Origin: Gemmatimonadaceae bacterium
GTDB taxonomy: Bacteria; Gemmatimonadota; Gemmatimonadetes; Gemmatimonadales; Gemmatimonadaceae
Assembly: GCA_046589725.1 (NCBI GenBank)
Contig: JBKJUW010000030.1
Location: 92 to 64,091 of the forward strand
DNA: 64,000 bases
Reading direction: 5' to 3'
Part shown: piece after piece, positions 46,079 to 54,613 of the stretch
Layout of the letters: each line of letters starts with the position of its first letter
Numbering within the stretch: position 1 is the first letter of the stretch
The notes under the pieces: model-generated
Seen by the model: only the letters and a program-made list of their open reading frames with translations
Databases searched by the model: none
What the model was told of the DNA's origin: nothing
Program-made: the position numbers and the translations under genes

Positions 46079-46732
46079 ATGCGTCATGCATTCATCGTTG
46101 CCCTTGGGTGCGCGGGAGCGGCCGGCGTGGTTGGTCTCACCCTGCCCGTCGATTCTGTCGTAGCGAAGCCAGGCCTGCCGTACTACTCCGATGCGACGCT
46201 CACCCCTCGCTGGTCCAGTCGCCGTGATGCTGAGGCACTTCATCGGGTTGGTGACTTCCACCTCACCGACGCATCGGGGCGAGCAGTCACGGGAGCGGAC
46301 GTCGCCGGACGTGTCTACGTCGCGAGCTTCTTCTATACCGAATGCCGGACGCTCTGCCCGGATCTCAAGGCGCAACTCGCGCGCGTGCACGAGGCATTTG
46401 CCCGGGACACGAATGTGTTGATCCTCTCCCACTCCGTCATGCCGGAGCGCGATGACGCCGCTCGTCTCTCGCATTACGCCGTGCGCAACGGCATCGACGG
46501 CAGACAATGGCGCCTGCTCACCGGCTCGCGCGCAGAAGTCACGAGGCTGGCACACGACGCCTATTTCGTCGAGCTCGGCGACACCACTGGCAACACCCGC
46601 GGACCACTGCGGCACACCGAGACACTCGTCCTGGTCGACACCCATGGACACATCCGCGGTGTATACGATGGATCGCTCGCGTACGACGTCACGCAGCTCA
46701 TCGCCGACATAAGGGAGCTGGAAAGTTCCTGA
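46079..46732 (+). CDS. SCO1/SenC-family thioredoxin-fold copper chaperone
   Basis: FFYTECRTLCPD (the CxxxC copper site), with the downstream His context in HTETLVLVD and a typical length. Confidence 0.8.
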   Translation: MRHAFIVALGCAGAAGVVGLTLPVDSVVAKPGLPYYSDATLTPRWSSRRDAEALHRVGDFHLTDASGRAVTGADVAGRVYVASFFYTECRTLCPDLKAQLARVHEAFARDTNVLILSHSVMPERDDAARLSHYAVRNGIDGRQWRLLTGSRAEVTRLAHDAYFVELGDTTGNTRGPLRHTETLVLVDTHGHIRGVYDGSLAYDVTQLIADIRELESS

Positions 46733-46787
46733 CCGAGTTCCACCACACGAACGACCACCACGTTTCAGTCCAACGGAGGATTGTATC

Positions 46788-47408
46788 ATGCGAATGACGT
46801 ATCGTTTGCTCGCGCTCACACTCGTCGCCGCCGCCGCTGCTGCGACCGCACAGCAACCCGCTCCTGCACCACAGCCTGGTCAGGGGCCCCGCCAGGGCCC
46901 GCCACCGGAGGCGCGCGGCATGGCGCCCGGCGGACGACGCATGGCACCCACTCCAGGTGGTCCCGGGGCTGGACAGATGGGCCGTGGTGGCCCCGGGATG
47001 ATGGGCGCGCCGATGGGGCCTGACGGCGGCATTGCAAGCATGCTGCTGGCCCATACCGCCGAGTTGAAGCTGACGGACTCGCAGCTGAGCCGGCTCGCCG
47101 CGATCGCGCGGCGCACTGACGACCGCCACAAGGCCATGCGTGCCTCCATGGACTCCATGATGCGCGCCAACCGTCCGCAAGCTGGCACCACGCCAGCCCA
47201 GCCGCGTCCAATGATGGGCGACCAGAATCGCGCGATGATGGATCGGATGCGCGAGCAGGAGCGCACCGACCTCCGCGACGCCCTCGCGGTGCTCACGGTT
47301 GACCAGCAGGCGGACGCGTGGATGATGCGCGGAGCCGGCGCACGCATGGGGCGGCGGGCCCAGGCGTCCATGATGGGCGCTAACCATAGCCGTCGGCAGC
47401 GCGAGTGA
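46788..47408 (+). CDS. secreted Met/Pro/Gly-rich Spy/CpxP-like (LTxxQ) protein
   Basis: Signal peptide LLALTLVAAAAAATAQ, the low-complexity stretch PGGRRMAPTPGGPGAGQMGRGGPGMMGAPMGP, LTDSQLSRL and LTVDQQADAW motifs, and many MxxM-type Met clusters. Confidence 0.6.
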   Translation: MRMTYRLLALTLVAAAAAATAQQPAPAPQPGQGPRQGPPPEARGMAPGGRRMAPTPGGPGAGQMGRGGPGMMGAPMGPDGGIASMLLAHTAELKLTDSQLSRLAAIARRTDDRHKAMRASMDSMMRANRPQAGTTPAQPRPMMGDQNRAMMDRMREQERTDLRDALAVLTVDQQADAWMMRGAGARMGRRAQASMMGANHSRRQRE

Positions 47409-47524
47409 ACGACTCGCGCTCCGGACGCGTAGAGTAACCGCGCGTCCGGCTGCGCTCCTCCTCGCTGCCTCACCGGTACGGGGCTAGGTTGTCGCCGGAG
47501 GGCGACCCACACATCCGTTGCTCA

Positions 47525-47970
47525 ATGCAGATTCGTCTCGCAGTTCTTTCGGCAGCGCTCATGCTGCCCGCGTCGGCCCACGCCCGCGAGGGGCACGTCG
47601 CGCCGCCATCTGTCAGCCTTTGTGTCGCCGGCGATGTGGGTGGCCGCATCGTCTCCACCACCGGAGCGCCGCTCAACAGCGCGACCGTCTCGATCACGGA
47701 GTCAATCGCGCCGTCGCGAGCGGGACGGACGGACGGTTTCGCTTCGACACCATTCCGGCGGGTCGCTACACCCTGAGTGCCCGCAAGCTGGACTACCGCA
47801 CGAGCGCATCTTCTATCGTCGTCACGGAATCGGCGCTCGACGTCACCATCATCCTCGACGCTTCGGCGCTCGTCATCGAGCCGGGCACTGGGGCTCCTCT
47901 TGTTCAGGCCGGTCGCGGAGAGCGCGGCCCGCACCCGAGGCCCGGCGTCGCTATCATTGAAGCCGGATGA
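47525..47970 (+). pseudogene. carboxypeptidase-regulatory-like (CarboxypepD_reg) domain protein, frame disrupted near 47700
   Basis: Frame 1 gives MQIRLAVLSAALMLPASAHA...GRIVSTTGAPLNSATVSITES. The domain then continues only in the -1 frame as NRAVASGTDGRFRFDTIPAGRYTLSARKLDY...VTIIL. The end overlaps the kinase start (ATGA). Confidence 0.55.
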
Positions 47971-50030
47971 CCAACTCGCTCGCAGAAACCAGCATCGAAC
48001 TAGTCTTTCCCGGCGACGGCGAGCTGGCCACGCAATGCCGTGGTCTCGACTGGAGCAACACTCCGCTCGGACCAGTGGAGCGGTGGGACCCCGCGCTCCG
48101 CGCTGCCGTCCGTACCGCCCTGGAGTGCCCGTTCGGCATCTGCATCTGGTGTGGCCCCGACAAGATCCTCATCTACAACGACAGCTACCGCGTACTGCTG
48201 GGCGCCAAGCATCCGCACGCGCTTGGACAACCCGGCGCGGAAGTCTGGTCCGAGATCTGGGAAGGCATTGAACCAATGTTCGCTGCCAGTGCGTCGGGTC
48301 AATCGGTGTTCGCCGAGGACGACCACTTCGTCGTGGACCGTGCCGGTGAACTGCCTGCCGATGCGTGGTTCACCTACTCGATCAGCCCGGTGCGCTCGGA
48401 ATCGGGAGAGGTCGTCGCCTGGATCAACGTCGCTTCGGAAACGACAACGCGCGTGCGTGCCAAGGAGTCACTGCGCGAAGCGCGCGCGGTGGCCGAGCGT
48501 GCGGAGAGCCGGCTGCGCGACGTGTTTGCGCAGGCGCCTGGCTTTCTCGCTGTGCTGCGAGGTCCCGAGCACGTGTTCGAATTCGTCAATTCGTCGTACC
48601 AGCAGCTCGTGGGGCGCAACGCTCTGGTGGGCGTCCCTGTGGCGGATGCGTTGCCCGAGGTCGCGCAGCAGGGCTTCATCGACCTGCTCGACAACGTCTA
48701 TCGGACTGGCGTGCCGTATGTCGGGCGGGAGGTGCCCGTCATGTTGCAACGCTCGCCCGGCGCCGAGCCCGTTGAGCGTTGGGTCGATTTCGTGTATCAG
48801 CCGCTCACCAATCACGACGGCACGATCGGCGGCATCGTCGCACATGGTTCCGACGTCACGGAAGCCGTGGCAGCTCGACACGAGATGGAGCGGCTGCTCC
48901 GGATCAGCGAGGAGACCCGCGCATCCGTCGTCGAGAGCGAGGCGCGTTACCGCTTCCTCGCCAACGCGATTCCGGTGCAGGTGTGGACCGCCACGCCGGA
49001 CGGGCAGCTCGACTATGTGAGCGAGCGCGCCGCCGCCTTCTTCGGCGTGCGCAAGGACGATGTGCTCGGCGATGCCTGGACCAAGGTGCTGCATCCGGAC
49101 GACGTCGCTGCCACCGGCGTGCGCTGGGCGCATTCGCTTGCGACCGGCGAGCCCTACGAGGTCGAATTCCGTTTGCGGGAGGCACGTACCGGCGAGTATC
49201 GCTGGCATCTCGCCCGCGCAACCGCGCAACGGGACGAGCACGGCACCATCCTGCGATGGTTCGGCACCAACACGGACATCGAGGATCGCCGGCGCGCCGA
49301 GACGGAGTTGAAGCGCCTGACACATGAGGCCACGGAAGCCAATCGCGCGAAGAGCGATTTTCTTGCCGCAATGAGTCACGAGCTGCGCACGCCGCTCAAC
49401 GCCATTGGCGGCTACACCCAGCTCATCGAGCTCGGCGTCCGCGGCCCGATCACCGAGGCGCAGCGTCTCGACCTCTCGAAGATCCAGCGCAGCAAGAACT
49501 ACCTCGACGGCCTCGTCACCGACGTGCTCAACTTCGCGAAGGCCGGTGTCGGGCGCATCGAGTATCGCGCCGAGCGGATCCTGCTGCGCCGCACGATCGA
49601 CGCCGTGCTCGAGATGATCGCGCCGCAGGTTGCGGAGAAGCAGCTGCGGGTCGAGGCGGGGGAAGTGCCCGAGGACCTCGCCGCGTTCGCCGACGACGAC
49701 CGCACGCGCCAGATCCTGCTCAACCTGCTCGCGAACGCGCTCAAGTTCACGCCCCCTGACGGCACGCTGTCGCTCGCATATGCGGCGACAGAGCAGACCG
49801 TGAGCATCGCGCTCACCGACACGGGGATTGGCATTCCTCCCGAGCAGATCGAGAGCATCTTCGAGCCGTTCGTCCAGGCCAAGCGTGCGCTGCGCCCGAG
49901 CGACCAGGGCGTCGGACTTGGCCTGGCGATCAGCCGACAGCTGGCGCGCGCGATGGGTGGTGAGCTGCTCGTGAAGAGCAGTGTTGGCGTGGGGTCGACA
50001 TTTACCTTGCGGCTGCCACGCGCGACCTAG
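47967..50030 (+). CDS. multi-PAS sensor histidine kinase (no adjacent response regulator)
   Basis: Several PAS-like modules, the H-box SHELRTPLNAIGGY, the N-box LLNLLANALKFT, and G-boxes DTGIGIP and GVGLGLAISRQLA. Confidence 0.9.
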   Translation: MTNSLAETSIELVFPGDGELATQCRGLDWSNTPLGPVERWDPALRAAVRTALECPFGICIWCGPDKILIYNDSYRVLLGAKHPHALGQPGAEVWSEIWEGIEPMFAASASGQSVFAEDDHFVVDRAGELPADAWFTYSISPVRSESGEVVAWINVASETTTRVRAKESLREARAVAERAESRLRDVFAQAPGFLAVLRGPEHVFEFVNSSYQQLVGRNALVGVPVADALPEVAQQGFIDLLDNVYRTGVPYVGREVPVMLQRSPGAEPVERWVDFVYQPLTNHDGTIGGIVAHGSDVTEAVAARHEMERLLRISEETRASVVESEARYRFLANAIPVQVWTATPDGQLDYVSERAAAFFGVRKDDVLGDAWTKVLHPDDVAATGVRWAHSLATGEPYEVEFRLREARTGEYRWHLARATAQRDEHGTILRWFGTNTDIEDRRRAETELKRLTHEATEANRAKSDFLAAMSHELRTPLNAIGGYTQLIELGVRGPITEAQRLDLSKIQRSKNYLDGLVTDVLNFAKAGVGRIEYRAERILLRRTIDAVLEMIAPQVAEKQLRVEAGEVPEDLAAFADDDRTRQILLNLLANALKFTPPDGTLSLAYAATEQTVSIALTDTGIGIPPEQIESIFEPFVQAKRALRPSDQGVGLGLAISRQLARAMGGELLVKSSVGVGSTFTLRLPRAT

Positions 50031-50117
50031 TCGCGGCTTCGCCGACAGCGTCCAGCGCTCAGGCGACCGTCACCAGCATCTTGTCATGGTCATTTCAACC
50101 TCTCGGAGCTCGCCTGC

Positions 50118-51719
50118 ATGCCGGCCTTTCCCAAGCACGTCGCACTTTTCGCCCTGCTCGCCGCATCAACGCTTACTGCCCAGAAGCCAGGCAATCCGCG
50201 CTTCGAGATCACCTTCAGCAAATCGGCACATGCCGAGCCGATCACGGGCCGAGTGTATGTCGCCATCAGCCGGACGAGCACCGCGCAGAGCACGCCCATC
50301 CAGCAGACCGGCGAAACGGGTGTCCCGCTCTTTGGCGTGAACGTGGAAGCGCTCGAAGCCGGCAAGACCGCGATCGTCGATGCCTCCACGTTCGGCTTTC
50401 CAGCGCGCAGCCTGAAGGACATTCCCGCCGGTGAATACTGGGTGCAGCCGTTCGTGAACGTCTACACGCAGTTCGCGCGCGCCGACGGCCACACCGTGTG
50501 GCTGCACATGGACCAGTGGGAAGGCCAGAACTGGAAGCGCTCGCCCGGCAACATCTATGGTGAGCCGGTGAAGGTCCGCTTCGATCCGTCGTCATCCACG
50601 CCGATCCGGCTCATGGCCGACAAGGTGATTCCGCCGGTCGTCGTGCCGGCCGAGACGGACAATGTGAAGCGCATCAAGCTCGAGAGCAGCATCCTGACAA
50701 AGTGGTGGGGTCACCCCATCTACCTCGGCGCCACCGTCCTCCTGCCGAAGGACTACGACAAACATCCCGAGGCGAAGTATCCTGTCGTTTACAACGACGG
50801 TCATTTCTCGTTGCGGGCACCGGGCGTCGGGTCCACACCGTACTGGAATGCCGACGGCACGCCGCGGATGATCATCGTCACGCTGCAGCATCCGTCGCCG
50901 TACTATGACGACTCGTATGGCGTGAACTCCGCGAACAACGGCCCGTACGGTGACGCGATCATGCAGGAACTCATTCCTGCCGTCGAGACGAAGTTTCGCG
51001 TCATCGGCCAGCCGTGGGCGCGGCTGCTCACCGGCGGTTCGACCGGCGGCTGGATCGCGATCGCCAAGCAGGTGATGTATCCGGAATTCTACGGCGGTAC
51101 GTGGTCGCTGTGTCCCGATGCCGTGGATTTTCGCTATCACCAGATCGTCAACATCTACGCCGACACGAATGCGTACTGGTTCGACCGCGGGTGGATGAAG
51201 CTGGACCGCCCCACGCAGCGAAAGCCCGACGGCAACATCAGCGCGATGATGAAGGACGAGAACTGGTTCGAGCTCGCGCAGGGCGATCACTCGCGCTCGG
51301 GCGGACAATGGGACATCTGGGAGGCGACGTTTGGTCCCGTCGGTGCGGATGGATATCCGAAGCGCATCTGGGACAAGAAGACTGGCGTCATCGACAAGTC
51401 GGTCGCCGCGTACTGGAAGGAGCATTATGACATCCGCAACATCCTCGAGACCCACTGGACGACGTTGGGCCCCAAGGTGGCGGACAAGCTCAACGTCTAC
51501 GTCGGCGACGCGGATTCGTACTACCTGAACATGGGCGTGCACCTGCTCGACAACTACCTGAAGACGACGACGTCACCGAAGTGGTCCGGCGAAACGATCT
51601 TCCAGCCAATGGCGCCGCACTGCTGGGGTCCGCCGATGCAGGAGTTGATGGGGAAGATGACCACCGCCATGGAGCGCTCGGCACCTGCCGGCGCAGACTT
51701 GAAGAGCTGGCGTTACTGA
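50118..51719 (+). CDS. secreted alpha/beta-fold esterase-family protein (putative esterase/enterochelin-esterase-like)
   Basis: Signal peptide ALFALLAASTLTAQ. The candidate nucleophile elbow is LLTGGSTGGWIAI. The family call is tentative. Confidence 0.55.
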   Translation: MPAFPKHVALFALLAASTLTAQKPGNPRFEITFSKSAHAEPITGRVYVAISRTSTAQSTPIQQTGETGVPLFGVNVEALEAGKTAIVDASTFGFPARSLKDIPAGEYWVQPFVNVYTQFARADGHTVWLHMDQWEGQNWKRSPGNIYGEPVKVRFDPSSSTPIRLMADKVIPPVVVPAETDNVKRIKLESSILTKWWGHPIYLGATVLLPKDYDKHPEAKYPVVYNDGHFSLRAPGVGSTPYWNADGTPRMIIVTLQHPSPYYDDSYGVNSANNGPYGDAIMQELIPAVETKFRVIGQPWARLLTGGSTGGWIAIAKQVMYPEFYGGTWSLCPDAVDFRYHQIVNIYADTNAYWFDRGWMKLDRPTQRKPDGNISAMMKDENWFELAQGDHSRSGGQWDIWEATFGPVGADGYPKRIWDKKTGVIDKSVAAYWKEHYDIRNILETHWTTLGPKVADKLNVYVGDADSYYLNMGVHLLDNYLKTTTSPKWSGETIFQPMAPHCWGPPMQELMGKMTTAMERSAPAGADLKSWRY

Positions 51720-51732
51720 GCGGAGATTCGAG

Positions 51733-52026
51733 ATGGCGTCGACGGATACGCAATGTCCGAAGTGCGGCAGTCGCCGCATCGTCTTTGGCGAACTGACGCA
51801 AGGGCGCGTAATGGGTTGGAGTGCACCGTACGCTTTCCGGGCGTTCGCCGCGCGCTTATCCTCCATGCGATCGGGCGTGAAGATCCGATCGCAGATGTGC
51901 GCATGCTCGAGTTGCGGGCTGGTCTGGGGACAGATCGCTCCGAACCAGTTGATCGATCATCTCGACAAGTTCGCAACTGACGACGCCAGGCACTGGCTTA
52001 GCAGCGGGAACGACACGCCGCTCTGA
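51733..52026 (+). CDS. small zinc-ribbon protein
   Basis: 97 aa with two CxxC pairs (CPKCGS and CSSCG). Confidence 0.5.
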   Translation: MASTDTQCPKCGSRRIVFGELTQGRVMGWSAPYAFRAFAARLSSMRSGVKIRSQMCACSSCGLVWGQIAPNQLIDHLDKFATDDARHWLSSGNDTPL

Positions 52027-52047
52027 CGTGTCGTTTCCGCTCGGCCA

Positions 52048-52680
52048 CTAGTGTTTGTCGAGCGCGTTGCCGGTCTCCAGCAGCGTCTTGAGGCCGCTGA
52101 GGATCCAGCTCCAGCCGCCGCCCGCGCCGTGCTCTTCCTGCGCGCCCGACACCATCAGCGAGAGCTTCGGGGCACCCTCGAGCTCGTGCGTCACCGTGAG
52201 CCTGGTGACGCCCGGGCCACCGGGTGCGATGTCGTAGGTGAGGCGCGTGAAGCCTTCGGCCGCCGCGGCGGCGTCCATCACCATCCGCCACGTGAGCACC
52301 AGCTTGCGCGGTGGATCGGATTCGATGACTTCACCATCGACGGCAATCTCTGGCGCGCCCATCGCGGTCTCCTCCAGTTCGGTTTTGAGCGAGACGAGCG
52401 CCGACACCTGACGCTCGGTGTACTTGTCGATCCACCGGTCGTGCAGCAGGCGGATGGGCACGGGATTGAGGAAGTGCAGCTTCTCCCGCCCCGCGCGCTG
52501 CGTGACGACAAGCCCCGCGTCTTCCAGGACGCGCAGGTGCTTCATCACCCCGAAGCGCGTCATCGCGACTTCGGACTCGAGTCCGGTAAGAGTGCGCCCG
52601 TCGCGCACGAACAACCGGTCGAGGAGAAGCCGCCTGGTCGGATCCGCCAGCGCCTTGAAGACGCGATCATCGTCAGTCAC
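52048..52680 (-). CDS. ArsR-family wHTH regulator fused to an SRPBCC (Aha1-like) domain
   Basis: FKALADPTRRLLLDRL...LESEVAMTRFGVMKHLRVLEDAGLV is the ArsR HTH. The C-terminal roughly 100 aa resemble the Aha1/SRPBCC fold. Confidence 0.8.
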   Translation of the reverse strand: MTDDDRVFKALADPTRRLLLDRLFVRDGRTLTGLESEVAMTRFGVMKHLRVLEDAGLVVTQRAGREKLHFLNPVPIRLLHDRWIDKYTERQVSALVSLKTELEETAMGAPEIAVDGEVIESDPPRKLVLTWRMVMDAAAAAEGFTRLTYDIAPGGPGVTRLTVTHELEGAPKLSLMVSGAQEEHGAGGGWSWILSGLKTLLETGNALDKH

Positions 52681-52690
52681 GGAGGGAAAT

Positions 52691-52710
52691 AGGTGACTTA
52701 ATGGTCACCT
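52691..52710. promoter_or_regulatory. palindrome AGGTGAC-TTAATG-GTCACCT, candidate ArsR-type operator
   Basis: Perfect 7-bp arms, 11 nt upstream of the ArsR-SRPBCC start codon (52680). Confidence 0.45.
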
Positions 52711-52762
52711 GTCGAGGTCGTCATTCCCGATGCCCGGTCCGATGTCCGTGCTTTCTGTGTTT

Positions 52763-52825
52763 CCGCCAACTGTCGTCGCGGTGCCGCAGTTCACTAAGGT
52801 CGGAAACGGCGACGACAGTTGGCGG
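52763..52825. repeat. palindromic dispersed element, 'compact' form
   Basis: CCGCCAACTGTCGTCGCGG at 52763-52781 and CGGCGACGACAGTTGGCGG at 52807-52825 with a 25-nt loop. The outer flank TGCCGCAGTTCA matches the 9.6-kb copy. Confidence 0.85.
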
Positions 52826-52907
52826 AACGAATGGGAAAGATCGGACTTCCGACTTGGACAACGGAAAGAGCGCGGCGTACAATCCCTGCTCTCCCTCTCC
52901 GCGTACC

Positions 52908-54572
52908 ATGCGCCAACTCCCTGTTCTTTTCACCACGCTCGCGCTCCTCGCCTGCTCGTCGTCCCAGGCACCGGCCCCCAACTCCGGAACCACGGCCGCG
53001 ATCACGGAGTCCGACCTCCGGCGACGTCTCTACCTCATTGCCGACGACTCCATGATGGGCCGCGAGTCCGGCTCAGAGGGCGCCTACAAGACCGCCGACT
53101 ACGTCGCGTCCGAATTCCGCCGGCTCGGCCTCGAGCCCGCTGGCGAGAACGGCACCTACTTCCAGACCGTCCCCTTCTGGCGCGCCGCCGTTGACCAGAC
53201 CTCGCGCATCGAAGTCGGCAGCCGGCCACTCGAGCTCGGGCGCGACTTCGTGCCATCGAACTCCGCGGCCGTGCCGCGTACCCTGAGCGGCGTGCCAGCG
53301 ATCTATGCCGGACCCGCCACCGACAGCACACGCTGGATCTCCGCGACCGATGCGGCCGGAAAGCTGGTCGTCCTCGACGTGCCGCCCGGCGTGTCGCTGC
53401 GCACGGTCATCGGCTCCGCACGCTGGCGCGATGCCGCCGCCGTCGCACTGGTGGTCCTCGAGCAGGTCGGCGCGGAGAGCCTCGCGCGGCTCCGCGAAGG
53501 CCGCCCCGTGCCCGACTCCGCGCGCGTCCGCACCGCGATCCCCACACTCTGGATCACGCGCAACGCCGCTGTCCGACTCCTCGGCGCCGATCCCTCGACG
53601 CTTTCGCCCGGCGCACTCGGCGGAACGGTGCGCGGACACTTCGACATTGCGCGCACACCGGTGCAGTACCCGGCGCGCAATGTTGTCGCCATCCTCCGCG
53701 GCAGCGACCCGGCCCTGCGCGGGCAGTTCGTCGCGCTCACCGCGCACAACGATCACGTCGGCTACGATCACGCACCCGTCGACCACGATTCCATCCGCGC
53801 CTTCAATCGCGTCATCCGTCCAATGGGTGCAGACTCGCCTCCGCGCGTGCCGACTGCCGATGAATGGGTGAAGATCCGCCGCATTGTCGACAGCCTCCGC
53901 ACGACCAATCGCCCGCGCCTTGATTCCATCCGCAACGGCGCGGACGACGACGGCTCTGGCACCGTTTCCATTCTCGAGATCGCGGAGATGATGTCGCGCG
54001 GCGGCAGCGCGCGCCCGCGCCGCTCCATCCTGTTCGTCAACCACACCGGCGAGGAAGCGGGCCTGCTCGGCTCCAACTGGTATACGGACCACGCCACCGT
54101 GCCCGTCGATTCCATCGTCGCCGAGATCGACCAGGACATGGTAGGTCGTGGGACCTCAACGGACACTCCGCGCGGCGATGGGAACGCCGCGACGCCCACG
54201 TACATGGAGGTCGTCGGCGCGAAGCGGTTGTCCCGCGAGTTCGGTGATTCGCTCGAGGCAGCAAACGCTCGTGAGCCGGTGCCGTTCGTCTTCGACTATA
54301 CGTTCGATGCGCCCGGGCATCCCCTCCAGTACTACTGCCGCGCCGATCACTACAACTACGCGAGGTATGGCATCCCGTCGGTGGCGATCTCACGCGGCGA
54401 GCATCTCGACTACCATCAGGTCACCGACGAGGCCCAGTACATCAGCTATCCGGACCTCGCGCGAGTGAGCCGCATGGTCTTCCATGCGGCCACGGTGATC
54501 GCCAACATGCCGAATCGCCCGAAGCTGGACGCGCCTCGGCAAGCGAATCCTCACGCGCAGTGCCGCCAGTAG
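52908..54572 (+). CDS. M28-family peptidase with PA domain, lipoprotein
   Basis: ATG at 52908 gives MRQLPVLFTTLALLACSS (lipobox). Also TAHNDHVGYDH, NGADDDGSGTVSILEIAEMM, NHTGEEAGLLGS and YHQVTD. The track ORF start at 52701 would read through the repeat element. Confidence 0.85.
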   Translation: MRQLPVLFTTLALLACSSSQAPAPNSGTTAAITESDLRRRLYLIADDSMMGRESGSEGAYKTADYVASEFRRLGLEPAGENGTYFQTVPFWRAAVDQTSRIEVGSRPLELGRDFVPSNSAAVPRTLSGVPAIYAGPATDSTRWISATDAAGKLVVLDVPPGVSLRTVIGSARWRDAAAVALVVLEQVGAESLARLREGRPVPDSARVRTAIPTLWITRNAAVRLLGADPSTLSPGALGGTVRGHFDIARTPVQYPARNVVAILRGSDPALRGQFVALTAHNDHVGYDHAPVDHDSIRAFNRVIRPMGADSPPRVPTADEWVKIRRIVDSLRTTNRPRLDSIRNGADDDGSGTVSILEIAEMMSRGGSARPRRSILFVNHTGEEAGLLGSNWYTDHATVPVDSIVAEIDQDMVGRGTSTDTPRGDGNAATPTYMEVVGAKRLSREFGDSLEAANAREPVPFVFDYTFDAPGHPLQYYCRADHYNYARYGIPSVAISRGEHLDYHQVTDEAQYISYPDLARVSRMVFHAATVIANMPNRPKLDAPRQANPHAQCRQ

Positions 54573-54613
54573 GGGGCCGCAACTTCGCCGGCTCGCGGCG
54601 CGTAGGCTCACCC

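Noticed and set aside
46860-47010. Apparent DNA repeat in the Pro/Gly/Met-rich region
   Set aside because: It is low-complexity coding sequence of the secreted LTxxQ protein (PGGRRMAPTPGGPGAGQMGRGGPGMMGAPMGP), not a non-coding repeat.
47640-47720. Programmed -1 ribosomal frameshift in the CarboxypepD_reg gene
   Set aside because: I could find no slippery heptamer or obvious downstream pseudoknot. An indel, real or from assembly, is the simpler explanation.
9505-52825. CRISPR array formed by the 19-nt repeat
   Set aside because: The copies are in inverted pairs at scattered loci rather than in a direct array with uniform spacers. No cas genes are present.
52701-52907. N-terminal extensions of ORFs 52701..54572, 11603..12421 and 9423..10715
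   Set aside because: The extensions read straight through the palindromic repeat elements, giving the recurring '..ATTVGG..' or 'QLSSRCR' peptides. Downstream Met codons give proper signal peptides or ribosome-binding sites.
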